The notes: generated from the letters alone by a model not told the origin. Shown: positions 1 to 9,474, counted from the stretch's first letter. The stretch: DNA of 40,448 bases from a virus (IMGVR_UViG_3300006046_000012:1-40448), one strand, 5' to 3'. Numbers and translations: made by a program.

Positions 1-10
1 AGACTGGAAG
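1..10 (+). repeat. Terminal direct repeat AGACTGGAAG (identical to 40439-40448); circular assembly overlap
   Basis: Identical 10-mer at both ends. Removing one copy joins ORF 38595-40448 in frame to 11-298. Confidence 0.9.
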
Positions 11-298
11 ACCGGCCTCATATCTGGGATTGCCACAGCACTAGTGCGACGTGGCGGGGCGCACGTAAATCAGAACGTCGCGCGGCGGGTGGCGGAGATG
101 CTGGTGAGCGGCGACCCTGCCGTCATGAAGCAAGGCGCCGCAATCGTCGCTAACAATGACCGCTGGATGGATGCGCTGCGGCACTTCGATCGGCCGCTTG
201 GTATCGGGGCATCAGTGACGGCGCAGAAGAACGTCCCGCTGATTACTCTGAACGTCAACGAGCGCGACAGGTATATGCAGCAGCGCGGCCCTAGATAG
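11..298 (+). CDS. C-terminal part of the large DNA-ejection/internal virion protein starting at 38595 (wraps the origin)
   Basis: Frame continues from 40448 through 11 (TGLISGIATALVRRGG...) into the listed ORF 44-298. Confidence 0.8.
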   Translation, partial: TGLISGIATALVRRGGAHVNQNVARRVAEMLVSGDPAVMKQGAAIVANNDRWMDALRHFDRPLGIGASVTAQKNVPLITLNVNERDRYMQQRGPR

Positions 299-437
299 TA
301 AACCAGATCAGCATTGCCGTGAGAATGGCTGTTCCGAGCGATACGCGGAAGACAAGCCGCCTGATGGCAATTCGTCTCTTCCGTTGAGCTTCTCCGGTTA
401 TGTCGCGAGATGCTCCGCTAATCGTGCGGTCGTCCAT
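291..437 (-). CDS. Small single-TM membrane protein, antisense to the virion operon (start may be upstream at 542)
   Basis: MDDRTISG...RKRRIAIRRLVFRVSLGTAILTAMLIWFTI: basic patch followed by a hydrophobic C-terminus; fills the gap between two + strand genes. Confidence 0.5.
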   Translation of the reverse strand: MDDRTISGASRDITGEAQRKRRIAIRRLVFRVSLGTAILTAMLIWFTI

Positions 438-563
438 CCTTATGGTGCGAGCGTAGTCAAGAGTTTGTGCCAAGTCGTCCTCCCATAAAGCGCGGTTGTA
501 GCCCGCTGCGCTGGTCTCCGCAACTGCGGACCCTCCTTCCAAAGCACTACGAAAGGCACTTCG

Positions 564-2474
564 ATGCCAAGCATTGCCGAGCAGCGGGCGCGGATCGCCG
601 AGCTTGCGTCCCGCATGATCGCCAAGAACCCCGGCAATGCCGGGGCCATCATGCAGCAGCTCAAGGACGCCGGGCTCGACATCAGCGGCAACCCGCTAGC
701 GGCGCAGACGCCGTTCTCTCCCACAATTGCAGGGCGTCCTCCAACGCCGCCTCCGACAGGGTTTCCGCCCGCGCAGCCGCTCGGCGGACTGACAGCCGCT
801 GATCGGGCTATCCCATTCGGCGGGACGGGCGGCGCCCCGAACAGCCTTAGCGCCATGGCCGATCGCGGCGATCCGAACCAGGCTCCCGACTTCCGCTCGC
901 GGCTCTATGCGGCTCAATCGGCAGTAGGCTCGGCCAGGGTGCCTCCTGCGTCGGGGCTGATGAGCGCCAGCACCAATCCGACGGCACAGGTGCAGGGACA
1001 GTTGCCATCCAATTTCATGAACCCTGGCAATCTCCCGCGCACTCGCCCGCCGCAGGAATTGTCCGCCGCAGGGCCTCCCTCTCCGCTGACCGGAGCAGCT
1101 CCCCCATCACCGCTGGCTGGCGTCGGCCCGCCTGCGCCCATGATCGGAAGGGAAGCCCCGCCCGGCCTCAATGGCCCTCTCTCGCCGCTGGCATCACGCT
1201 TTGGCGATCAGTCGCAGCTTCCGGGCGGCGCGTTCAGCGGCAGCTTCCCGAGGGCGCCACAGCCGCGTCCTTTCGAGAGCCTGATTGCGGGGCGCCCGGA
1301 AGGGCCTCCAGGCGGCTTCCCTGCGGCTCCGCTGAGTATGGCGCAAGGCCCCATGCCAGGCAGCGAGACGATGGGCCCGCCGTCGCCATTGACGTCACGC
1401 TTTGGCGATCAGTCACAGCTTGCGAGCGGTGCATTCAGGGGCGGCGGTCCTACTCCACCTACCCCGCAGCAACTGGTGGCCGCAAAGGACCAGGTTCAGC
1501 AGATAGCGGCTCTGCGCTCTGCCGGATCGCTCACTCCGGCAAGTCCGCCATCACCGCTCACGCCGCTGGAGACTACGCCGACCTCGACAATGCCAAGCCC
1601 GCTGCAGCGACAGCCACTCAATCTGGCGGCAGGGGCAGGATTAACAGGACCACCGCCACCACTCGGCTCGACGAGCCTGCCCTTTGCGGCCAACGCTCCA
1701 TTCGGGTCGGTAGGGCAGCGTATGACTGATGCGGGATTGCCGCCGGGGCTGCGCTCCGTCAGGTCCGCTCAAGCGCCGCTTATTTCAGTCCCGCCGCCAG
1801 CAGGGACAGCACCTGTGGGGCCAGTCACCAGCCAGCCGCTGCCTCCGCCTGACGCGCTGTCCTCCATTCCGCCGGCAAGCATGCAGGCCCTGTCGGCCTA
1901 CACAGGAAACGAGGCCCCGATCGTAGGACAGGCAGTATCGTCAGCGCAGCCGTCGCCCACAATACCCGGCACCAGGGCGGTAAGGGCCATCAGGAATGCG
2001 GTAGCGGGGAACAACACGCAGCCGGTTGCTCCGGTAAACGCGCCGGCCCAGCCGCCTCCCGAGCAAAAGCCGTTTTGGAATGCTCCAAACATCGGCACAG
2101 GAATAGGCGCGGTCGGGGGTCTCGTGCTTGGTGGTGGCTTAGGCGGCGCAGCGGCGGGAGCGGGCGTCGGCCGACTTACGGGTAAACTCGTAAGCTACCT
2201 GCGCAATGGCGAGGCGACGATCGACGAGAACGGCAACATCATCGACAAGGCCGGCAACATCCTCGGGAAGGCCGCTGACTTGGCCGGAGGTGCCGGCAGG
2301 GGCATGGGCGGCATCTTCGGCAGCGGCGGCGGGAGCAGCGGCGGCAGGGGCATGGGCGGCTGGAGCGGCTCAGGCGGCTGGGGCGGCGGCAGCAGTTACA
2401 CGGGCGGCCAATACGGCGGCAATGCCGGCGGGAATATAAACACTGGCGTAGGACAAAGATTTGGCCAAAGATAG
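564..2474 (+). CDS. Pro/Gly-rich low-complexity protein, probable internal virion/ejection protein
   Basis: 636 aa; GAAAGG SD-like motif upstream; located among ejection genes; GxxxG-rich segment (GTGIGAVGGLVLGGGLGG) near the C-terminus. Confidence 0.65.
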   Translation: MPSIAEQRARIAELASRMIAKNPGNAGAIMQQLKDAGLDISGNPLAAQTPFSPTIAGRPPTPPPTGFPPAQPLGGLTAADRAIPFGGTGGAPNSLSAMADRGDPNQAPDFRSRLYAAQSAVGSARVPPASGLMSASTNPTAQVQGQLPSNFMNPGNLPRTRPPQELSAAGPPSPLTGAAPPSPLAGVGPPAPMIGREAPPGLNGPLSPLASRFGDQSQLPGGAFSGSFPRAPQPRPFESLIAGRPEGPPGGFPAAPLSMAQGPMPGSETMGPPSPLTSRFGDQSQLASGAFRGGGPTPPTPQQLVAAKDQVQQIAALRSAGSLTPASPPSPLTPLETTPTSTMPSPLQRQPLNLAAGAGLTGPPPPLGSTSLPFAANAPFGSVGQRMTDAGLPPGLRSVRSAQAPLISVPPPAGTAPVGPVTSQPLPPPDALSSIPPASMQALSAYTGNEAPIVGQAVSSAQPSPTIPGTRAVRAIRNAVAGNNTQPVAPVNAPAQPPPEQKPFWNAPNIGTGIGAVGGLVLGGGLGGAAAGAGVGRLTGKLVSYLRNGEATIDENGNIIDKAGNILGKAADLAGGAGRGMGGIFGSGGGSSGGRGMGGWSGSGGWGGGSSYTGGQYGGNAGGNINTGVGQRFGQR

Positions 2475-2921
2475 CTAAAGGTGTGCCCAGCGTTGGCGGT
2501 TCTTTATCCTTGTGACTTGTGCTTGGCCGATGCCGTAGTCCCGCCCGATGGCGCTGTGACTGCGAGTGTCAGAGCGTATTGCCAGCACATGTGCTTCAGT
2601 AAGCTTGGCCTTATGATGCTGTATGCCCCTATCGTATACGGCTCGTCCCTTTTGGGTTTTATCTTTCATGTTGTCGGCATAGGTGCCGAGAAAAAGGTGA
2701 TCTGGGTTGCAGCAAAGAGGCGTGTCACATTTATGGAGCACGCAAAGGCCCGTCGGTATCTCGCCGCGGTAAAGCTTCCACGCAAGTCTGTGCGCGTAAA
2801 CGAGCCGCCCGTGCTGTTTTATTTGTCCGTATTTCCCAGAGTTGCATCCGCCTAACCACAGCCAACAGCCACTCATTGGCTCGGGGATATACAGATCCTC
2901 GAAAGGCGCTGGTTCACTCAC
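2475..2921 (-). CDS. HNH homing endonuclease
   Basis: GCWLWLG...YGQI...AHRLAW...VLHKCDTPLCCNPDHLFLGT..DNMKD, plus a C-terminal HTH-like segment (KLTEAHVLAIR...IGRDYGIGQAQVTRIK). Confidence 0.92.
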   Translation of the reverse strand: MSEPAPFEDLYIPEPMSGCWLWLGGCNSGKYGQIKQHGRLVYAHRLAWKLYRGEIPTGLCVLHKCDTPLCCNPDHLFLGTYADNMKDKTQKGRAVYDRGIQHHKAKLTEAHVLAIRSDTRSHSAIGRDYGIGQAQVTRIKNRQRWAHL

Positions 2922-2962
2922 AGCGCCATTCTACCTCATCAATCCCTGAAGGAAAGCACCCG

Positions 2963-5900
2963 ATGGCCGGTGTTCGCGATTATTCCACCACTGCGGCCTC
3001 CAACCTGACGGTGGGCGGCATCGGCATCCAAGAGGGCATGGCCAGATCCTCGGTCAACAACGCCATGCGCGCAACCCTTGCCGACACCGCCAATCTCCTA
3101 CTCGACCTCGGCGGCGCGGTGACGACCTCCGGCACCGGCACCACCTACGCCCTGTCGCTCCCGAGCGCCCCAAGCGCCTACGCCGACAATCTCGCCTTCG
3201 TCTGCAAGCTGCACCATGCCGTCTCCGGCGCGGCGACGATCAACATCAACGGGCTCGGCGTAAAACCCTTCAAAAAGCTCGTCAACGGCACCGCAACGGA
3301 CTTCCATGCCGGCGACCTCCCGGCCGGACACCGGGCCGACTGCATCTATTCGTCCGCCGATACGGCCGTGCTGGTGCTGAATGCCGCAGTGACGTTCGGC
3401 ATGCAGTTCGTCGACGACCTCGACGAGATGCTGGGCCTGCCGTCACCGAGCGTGGGAACCACCATCTTCGTCGGCCCGGAAAAGGATCAGTTCCTCGTCG
3501 TCGATGACGCGACGCTCGGCAGCGACGGCGGGACCGTCTTCATTCCAGACAGCGAATTGAGCGCCCTAACTTCGGAGACAATTCCTCCCGGCACATTTGC
3601 CGGCGCGACCGGCGCGCTGGTCGCCATGGAATACTCCCTCGCGCATACCGGCATTGCCTTCGAGACCGTCGAGCTGGTGCTGACGGACGGCGGCGAGACG
3701 ATCGACATCTGGGGCCTGCACGGCCACGTCATGCAGCCAATCACCACGGAGCGGGCCAATTGCCCGCAGCTTCCGCTCATCGACACTGCCAACGGAAAAT
3801 TCCGCGATCCCTATGCCGGCTTTACCGGCGCCAAGAGCGTCGATCATCCGCCCCTTCGCACTGGCGGGGCGCTGCTGCGCTACAAATACGCCACCAGCGG
3901 CCTGCGGCTGAAGCGCATCACCGGCCCGGTGTTCCAGTTGCGCTGGTGGCCGGCCATCGCGGTGGAGGACGAGGCGCCCGCCACGCAGACGGACAATACC
4001 GGCAAGATCTGCTGGTGCGCGAACGCAGCGGCTCTGGCAAAGGCCGAGGCGGTCTACGTCGATAAGATGTATTATTACGCGCGCACCGTTGAATGGCCGG
4101 AGGGGGTGGAACTGCGCGGCAAGGGGCCGGGGCTTTCCGGCTTCCGCGTCATGGACGACATGCAGCATACGCAACTGCTGCTCAGTTCATCCTCCGCCCC
4201 CGATCCGACCGTCAACCCCCTGACCAAGCCGGCCACCCGGCTCTGGTCATACGACAGCACATTCCTGTCCAACTCCACCACGTTTCTCCCGGCGAGCGGT
4301 GCGGGCCGCATCCGCATCAGTGGCATCGAGTTCGACGGCAACGTCGAAAACAACATGCGTATTTTCACGCAGCAGAATGCCGAATATGCCTACACCTACT
4401 CGGCCGCCAATATCACTCTCTTCAACAACGTCACCTCGGCGGCTTTCGCTGTCACCAACCAGTCGAACCGGGTCATTCCCGAGGGCATGATCCTCGAACT
4501 GCATAACGTGAAGATGCACGGTTATGCCCACCTGCTGCTGGGCAACAACTATTGCCGTGTCGTGCAGACAGGGCTGCTGGAACTCGGCAATACCCCTACA
4601 GGTCACTGGATATATCTGGCGGACGGCATCTATGAGACGGTGCGCTGCTTCGGCTATTGCCTGGCCGATGGAGTGCGTGCCCGCTACTTCGTCGCCAAGT
4701 CGCTCGAATTCATCCTGGCGCCGCACCCGGACGTGATGTTCACGCTCGCCGACAATTACGCCGTGCGGACAATGATCCTACTGTCCTCCACCGAGTTCAT
4801 GCCGCAGGAACAGAGGGCCGCATTAGGATTTCCCTATCCGGTATTGTCGCCGACGAGAATTTCCGTCGATCATTTGTTTATTGACGCAACGGGACTGGAC
4901 GAGTGGCCGGGCGGCGCGGCTGCCTATGAGCACGCCATCCCGTTCCTCCTGAGTTCCGACAATTTCCACATCAGGTCAGGCAAGGTGCGCCTTGGTCGCC
5001 TGATGACGGCTGTGTCGAGCATCATCACCACGCAGGCGAACAACGGCACCGGGCAGCCATACCGGAACCTGTCGCTGGAAAACCTGAACATCGAATATTC
5101 CTCCCGCGTCGGCATCCAGTTGCAGACGGCTGGCTCGGCGGATGGTGGATGGGCGAACGCCAACTTCCGCAACATCACATTCGAGCCGCGCGCTGCCACG
5201 CACCTTCCCGGCAACCCGTCACCCGGCGGCGTGAGCGTCCTGCTCGGGGCCTGGCGGTTTCACGAGACAGTGTTGGCGGAGCCGGTGCCTCCCACCTATG
5301 CCGTCGCCTATGACGGGCGGATATTTGACTTCACTGCGGCCGGCAGCCTCACCGCCGGCAGCTATATCGACATCACGCCGCCCGACCCAGCCGCCCTGGT
5401 ATTCAGGATATGGTTCCAGATCGGAGGCTCTGGCTCGGCACCAGCCGCTGGCGGGACGACTGTCATCCAGGCCACTGCGGCCTCTGCAACGCCGGCGGTG
5501 CTGGCCGCGGCGTTCTCCGCCGCCATCACCGGCAATGCGACGTGCGCGTCATACCTGACGGCGGCGACGTTCAACACCCTCTCGGTCGTCGGCTCGTTCT
5601 CCTACTACCGGCACAACGACAAGGGCGGGCATGTCGGCGGCAGTGTCGTGGGCGCCACGGGCGTCACGACGGTGCTGCGGGCATATCGGCGCAACTACGA
5701 GCCGTCGATCATCGGCTTCGAGCGCATTGTCGCGACCGACCCGATTTACCAGAGCCTGATAAACCTGAACGAGGTTGGCCCGCACCGGGATATCAACTTC
5801 ACCTTCAAGGACTGCGTGCTTGGCTCCTACAGCGCGACTTGCATTCTGCTGAACGGCGGCGGCGGGCTGAACGTCTCGGCCGTGAATACGATCAAGGACC

Positions 5901-6415
5901 AGGTGCATTGGGCCTTTGAGGATTGTCTCCTTGACTGGCGCGACGGGACCACCTGGCAGACGCTTGATCTTACGATCTACGCCGGCAAATTCCGCAATTG
6001 CCGGTTCAGAACGCCGGCTGTGGGCACGGGAGTTCCTGCGCTCGGCACCGGCTATGAGACGCTCTACAGCGAGCAGGGCGGCATCGAGACGTGGACGCCG
6101 AGCGGCGCCGAGACGACGCACGACATTCAGACCAAGCTATTTAACATCGCCAAGGACGGCAATGTGCGCCTGTACCCCGCCAATGCGGCTACAGCGGCCC
6201 TCTGGAACACGATCTACCCCGAGTGGCGGAAGAGCGCCCGGCCCGTTGGCGGGGCATCCACGGCCCTTGGCGGCGGCGGCGCGTTCTACCAGGGCCTGGG
6301 TAGTCCAGGCGCCATCAACGAGGATCGCAGAGCTCCGGCTTTGCGACTGAACTTCAGTTCCGCGCCTGCGGCCGTACCGCTCTCGGTCGGCTGGTCGGCC
6401 GCGGTGTCGCCATGA
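2963..6415 (+). CDS. Tail fibre/tailspike with probable beta-helix (pectin-lyase-like) receptor-binding region
   Basis: ATG 2963 after GAAGGA. N-terminal phage anchor (YSTTAASN...EGMARSSVNNAMR...GAATININGLG). DNTGKI..ANAA..VELRGKG..IRISGIEFDGN motifs typical of beta-helix tailspikes. Confidence 0.8.
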   Translation: MAGVRDYSTTAASNLTVGGIGIQEGMARSSVNNAMRATLADTANLLLDLGGAVTTSGTGTTYALSLPSAPSAYADNLAFVCKLHHAVSGAATININGLGVKPFKKLVNGTATDFHAGDLPAGHRADCIYSSADTAVLVLNAAVTFGMQFVDDLDEMLGLPSPSVGTTIFVGPEKDQFLVVDDATLGSDGGTVFIPDSELSALTSETIPPGTFAGATGALVAMEYSLAHTGIAFETVELVLTDGGETIDIWGLHGHVMQPITTERANCPQLPLIDTANGKFRDPYAGFTGAKSVDHPPLRTGGALLRYKYATSGLRLKRITGPVFQLRWWPAIAVEDEAPATQTDNTGKICWCANAAALAKAEAVYVDKMYYYARTVEWPEGVELRGKGPGLSGFRVMDDMQHTQLLLSSSSAPDPTVNPLTKPATRLWSYDSTFLSNSTTFLPASGAGRIRISGIEFDGNVENNMRIFTQQNAEYAYTYSAANITLFNNVTSAAFAVTNQSNRVIPEGMILELHNVKMHGYAHLLLGNNYCRVVQTGLLELGNTPTGHWIYLADGIYETVRCFGYCLADGVRARYFVAKSLEFILAPHPDVMFTLADNYAVRTMILLSSTEFMPQEQRAALGFPYPVLSPTRISVDHLFIDATGLDEWPGGAAAYEHAIPFLLSSDNFHIRSGKVRLGRLMTAVSSIITTQANNGTGQPYRNLSLENLNIEYSSRVGIQLQTAGSADGGWANANFRNITFEPRAATHLPGNPSPGGVSVLLGAWRFHETVLAEPVPPTYAVAYDGRIFDFTAAGSLTAGSYIDITPPDPAALVFRIWFQIGGSGSAPAAGGTTVIQATAASATPAVLAAAFSAAITGNATCASYLTAATFNTLSVVGSFSYYRHNDKGGHVGGSVVGATGVTTVLRAYRRNYEPSIIGFERIVATDPIYQSLINLNEVGPHRDINFTFKDCVLGSYSATCILLNGGGGLNVSAVNTIKDQVHWAFEDCLLDWRDGTTWQTLDLTIYAGKFRNCRFRTPAVGTGVPALGTGYETLYSEQGGIETWTPSGAETTHDIQTKLFNIAKDGNVRLYPANAATAALWNTIYPEWRKSARPVGGASTALGGGGAFYQGLGSPGAINEDRRAPALRLNFSSAPAAVPLSVGWSAAVSP

Positions 6416-6699
6416 GCATCCTAACGCGCTTTCATCCCAGCAGCGACGGGAAGACGTTCACGATACAGCGGCACGATCCCGATGTGTCGCCGACGCTGGA
6501 ATGGAACAAGAAGCTGCAGAACGAACCGCAGAAGAGCGAGAGCTTCCACCACATCGCCAGCGTCCCGCCCATTGTTATCGAGCAATGGCTGACCGAGAGC
6601 GGCCTGTCATATGGATCGCGCGAGTTCGTGCTCTTTATGAAGCGGAAATTGCGGTCGCATGACTGGTTGTTTCTGCGCACTACGGACAAGAGGTTCTGA
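6412..6699 (+). CDS. Conserved small phage protein (usually next to capsid/adaptor genes)
   Basis: ATGA overlap; HHIASVPPIVIEQW...KLRSHDWLFLRT pattern recalled from podovirus head-region proteins. Confidence 0.75.
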   Translation: MSILTRFHPSSDGKTFTIQRHDPDVSPTLEWNKKLQNEPQKSESFHHIASVPPIVIEQWLTESGLSYGSREFVLFMKRKLRSHDWLFLRTTDKRF

Positions 6700-7340
6700 T
6701 GGCACTCGACAACCTTGCTGGCCTTCGCGCGGCTGCCCTCGCATGGATCGAGCGGACGGGCGATCCTGCGGCCTCCACCATCGTCGACGACTGCGTGGCG
6801 CTGTGCGAAAGCCGCATCAACAAATCGCCGGACTTCCGCTTGGCGGAGATGGAGACGGAGGGGACGCTGACGCTGATCAATGGCTCGGCATCGCTCCCGC
6901 CGGACTTCCTCGCCATGAAGCGCGTGGTGGCGAACACATCGCCGACGCGGTTGCTCCAGTATGCCGAGCCTGGGTGGTTCAGCGAGAACGTGGGCACCAC
7001 CAGCGACAGCAGCGGCTTCTACACCATCGCCGGCACGCAGACTCTGGCTGATCCCAGCCTGGCGCAGCAGGCGCTGCATGCGAGGAGCAGCGCGCAGCTC
7101 AGCATCCTCTACTACGCCATGGTGCCGTCGCTGACGGTGGTGAACCCGAACTGGCTGCTGCTCCGATCGCCGGACGTCTACCTCTACGGCACCATCATGG
7201 AGATGCTGAACGCCCTGGAGGGCGAGGGCGTGGAGAAGTATGCTGGGCTGTTCGGCGGGGCGCTAGAGAGCCTGATCCAGGCGCAGACATACTCGCGCGG
7301 CGGCACGCTGACACAGCGCGCCTCTATGCCGGCACCATGA
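6699..7340 (+). CDS. Head-tail adaptor (tail tubular protein A-like)
   Basis: TGATG coupling; LCESRIN..RLAEME..LPPDFLAMK..YYAMVPSL..NWLLLRSPDVYLYG motif typical of podovirus adaptors. Confidence 0.82.
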   Translation: MALDNLAGLRAAALAWIERTGDPAASTIVDDCVALCESRINKSPDFRLAEMETEGTLTLINGSASLPPDFLAMKRVVANTSPTRLLQYAEPGWFSENVGTTSDSSGFYTIAGTQTLADPSLAQQALHARSSAQLSILYYAMVPSLTVVNPNWLLLRSPDVYLYGTIMEMLNALEGEGVEKYAGLFGGALESLIQAQTYSRGGTLTQRASMPAP

Positions 7341-7341
7341 C

Positions 7342-9474
7342 ATGCCTGGCATCTTCGGCGACGGCCAGCGCGGCGGGATATTTGGCGCGAAGGTAGATCC
7401 GCGACTGCTGCAGATGGCGCTGAAGCAGCGGGCGCCGCTCAAGGTTTACCTGAACGCCGGCGAGCGCGACAGGGTAATGGGAGATCAGGCTCCGCTACCG
7501 TTCTCCGGTCGCATTGCCGGGGCGTTCGATGCGTCCCAAGGCATGCCGGAGCCTTCCAGGGCCCTTTACGCGGCCAAGCATCGACGGGCGCAGGAAGGGC
7601 AGCCAGTCGAGCCGGGCTTCTGGTCTGACCTCGCATCGCTCGGCCCGCGGGCCGTGGGCGGGGCGCAGAAGATGTGGCAGGCGGCGCCAATGGCGGCAGA
7701 GGCGCTGTGGAATGACCCGCTGGGGAGCATAAACAGCGCCGGGATGGCGGGGCAGGCCGCGACGGACGCCGTTGTCAGGGGGGCAGTTCAGCCGTTCACG
7801 CAGTTTGGCGATCCGAACGTCGATCCGGTGAAGCAGGGGGCCGACCTGGCCCTGACGGTAATGGGTGGGTCGTCGGTTGTCCCGGCCGAGGCAAACTCGC
7901 TACGGATGGGCATCAAAGCCTACCACGATATTCGACCGCCGAAAGAAGATGTATGGGAAACGGTACAGGGGCATTCCACTCACGGCACTGTCCTTGGGGA
8001 TGCCGATGTGGACATCAACAAGCTGACCGGCGGCCCTCGAATGAACGACCCGGCTCAGCGTAAGCGGGTTGATGCGCTGAAGTCCCAGATGAATAGCGAC
8101 GATGGCTATGTCGAACGCCTCATCGTGGATGACAGTGGCGACGTTATTGAGGGGCAGCACCGGCTTGAGGCTTTGCGCGAGCTTGGCGCAAGGCATGTCC
8201 CCGCCACCATCATTCGCGACCTCGGCAGGGACGTTGATACGAACAAGGTGGAAGCAGCGGTGAAAGCCGCTGGTCAGACCCGCGGCGAGCAGTCTCGGCA
8301 GATCGTTAAGAACGTTCTCGAAATGGCGAACGACGTGGGCCTCGACAACATCGCATCGCAATACACATTTCCACGCGGCTTTGAAGCATCGCATCATGCG
8401 GCGATTGATGCGCTGAAAGGCGCAAGCATGGAGACAGCGGATCAGGTGAAGGCGAGGCTAGCGCTACGTCCCGGCATCCGCGCCTACCACGGCTCGCCGC
8501 ACGACTTCGAGCGCTTTGACAGCAGCGCGATCGGCACGGGCGAGGGCGCGCAGGCTTACGGGCATGGGCTGTATTTCGCTGAGAATGAGGGAGTAGCAAG
8601 GAGTTACAAGCCTGGAGCGAATGCAACGTATCGAGCCAACGACGTTGTGAAGGGACACGTCGCGAGCGCTTTGAAGTCTGCGTATAAAGCAGGTTTTTCT
8701 GGGCAGGAGGCAAAGAAGGAGGCTCTGCGGTATCTTCAGGAATATGCCGATAACGCAGGCCAGAGTACGCGGAGGCAAGAGTTTCACGACGCTATCAACA
8801 ACTTCGACGCTCTCTCCGATCTCGGCAAGATGTATGAAGTCGACATCGCCGCCCACCCCGAGCACTTCCTCGACTGGGACAAGCCGCTGAGCGAGCAAAG
8901 CCCGCAGGTGCGGGAGAAGCTGCTTCAGACTGGTGATCCTGAGAAAGTGAAGGCTCTAGAGGCTGAACATCGGCAAGCCTATGACGAGTATATGGGCCGC
9001 CCGGAAAACACTTCGACGGGCGATCTCCATAGGATGGAACGGCGCGTGGAGCAGACCTACGACGCATGGCGGAAAGAGATCGGCAACGCCGCTAAAAGCG
9101 GTGCAGGAGTTTACAGCGAGCTAGCTGGTGGCGGTAAATTTGCGACGGGAACCGAGAAGCTCAAAGAGATGGGCATACCCGGCATCAAATACCTCGACCA
9201 AGGCTCGCGCCCAAACGTAGGCCGCGTGGACATGCTGCGTCAGCAGTTGGCTACGCTGAAGGAGCGGGGCGCTTCTGCTGCGGCGATCAAAAACACAGAG
9301 GCAGAGCTTGCGGACGCCGAAAAAACAGTCTCGCACAATTTCGTGGTCTTCGACGACAAGCTCATCTCCATCCTGAAGAAGTATGGCCTGCCCATCTCCG
9401 CCGCAGGGCTGGCCGCTCTCTCCCAGCTTCACCCGCAAGAGGCGCGGGCCGCACAGCGCAAGTCTCCGAAATAG
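7342..9474 (+). CDS. Polyvalent protein with a ParB/Srx-like domain and an ADP-ribosyltransferase-like (ART-PolyVal type) domain
   Basis: ParB-like LIVDDSGDVIEGQHRLEALRELG. ART-like AYHGSPHDFERFD..IGTGEGAQAYGHGLYFAE..MYEVDI..FLDWDKPL..GIPGIKYLD..NFVVFD. Confidence 0.72.
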   Translation: MPGIFGDGQRGGIFGAKVDPRLLQMALKQRAPLKVYLNAGERDRVMGDQAPLPFSGRIAGAFDASQGMPEPSRALYAAKHRRAQEGQPVEPGFWSDLASLGPRAVGGAQKMWQAAPMAAEALWNDPLGSINSAGMAGQAATDAVVRGAVQPFTQFGDPNVDPVKQGADLALTVMGGSSVVPAEANSLRMGIKAYHDIRPPKEDVWETVQGHSTHGTVLGDADVDINKLTGGPRMNDPAQRKRVDALKSQMNSDDGYVERLIVDDSGDVIEGQHRLEALRELGARHVPATIIRDLGRDVDTNKVEAAVKAAGQTRGEQSRQIVKNVLEMANDVGLDNIASQYTFPRGFEASHHAAIDALKGASMETADQVKARLALRPGIRAYHGSPHDFERFDSSAIGTGEGAQAYGHGLYFAENEGVARSYKPGANATYRANDVVKGHVASALKSAYKAGFSGQEAKKEALRYLQEYADNAGQSTRRQEFHDAINNFDALSDLGKMYEVDIAAHPEHFLDWDKPLSEQSPQVREKLLQTGDPEKVKALEAEHRQAYDEYMGRPENTSTGDLHRMERRVEQTYDAWRKEIGNAAKSGAGVYSELAGGGKFATGTEKLKEMGIPGIKYLDQGSRPNVGRVDMLRQQLATLKERGASAAAIKNTEAELADAEKTVSHNFVVFDDKLISILKKYGLPISAAGLAALSQLHPQEARAAQRKSPK

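Noticed and set aside
2876-2962. Tail fibre start at 2876
   Set aside because: It overlaps the antisense HNH; ATG 2963 has an SD and begins the conserved N-terminal motif.
2963-6415. Diversity-generating retroelement targeting the tail fibre
   Set aside because: No reverse transcriptase and no template/variable repeat pair were seen.
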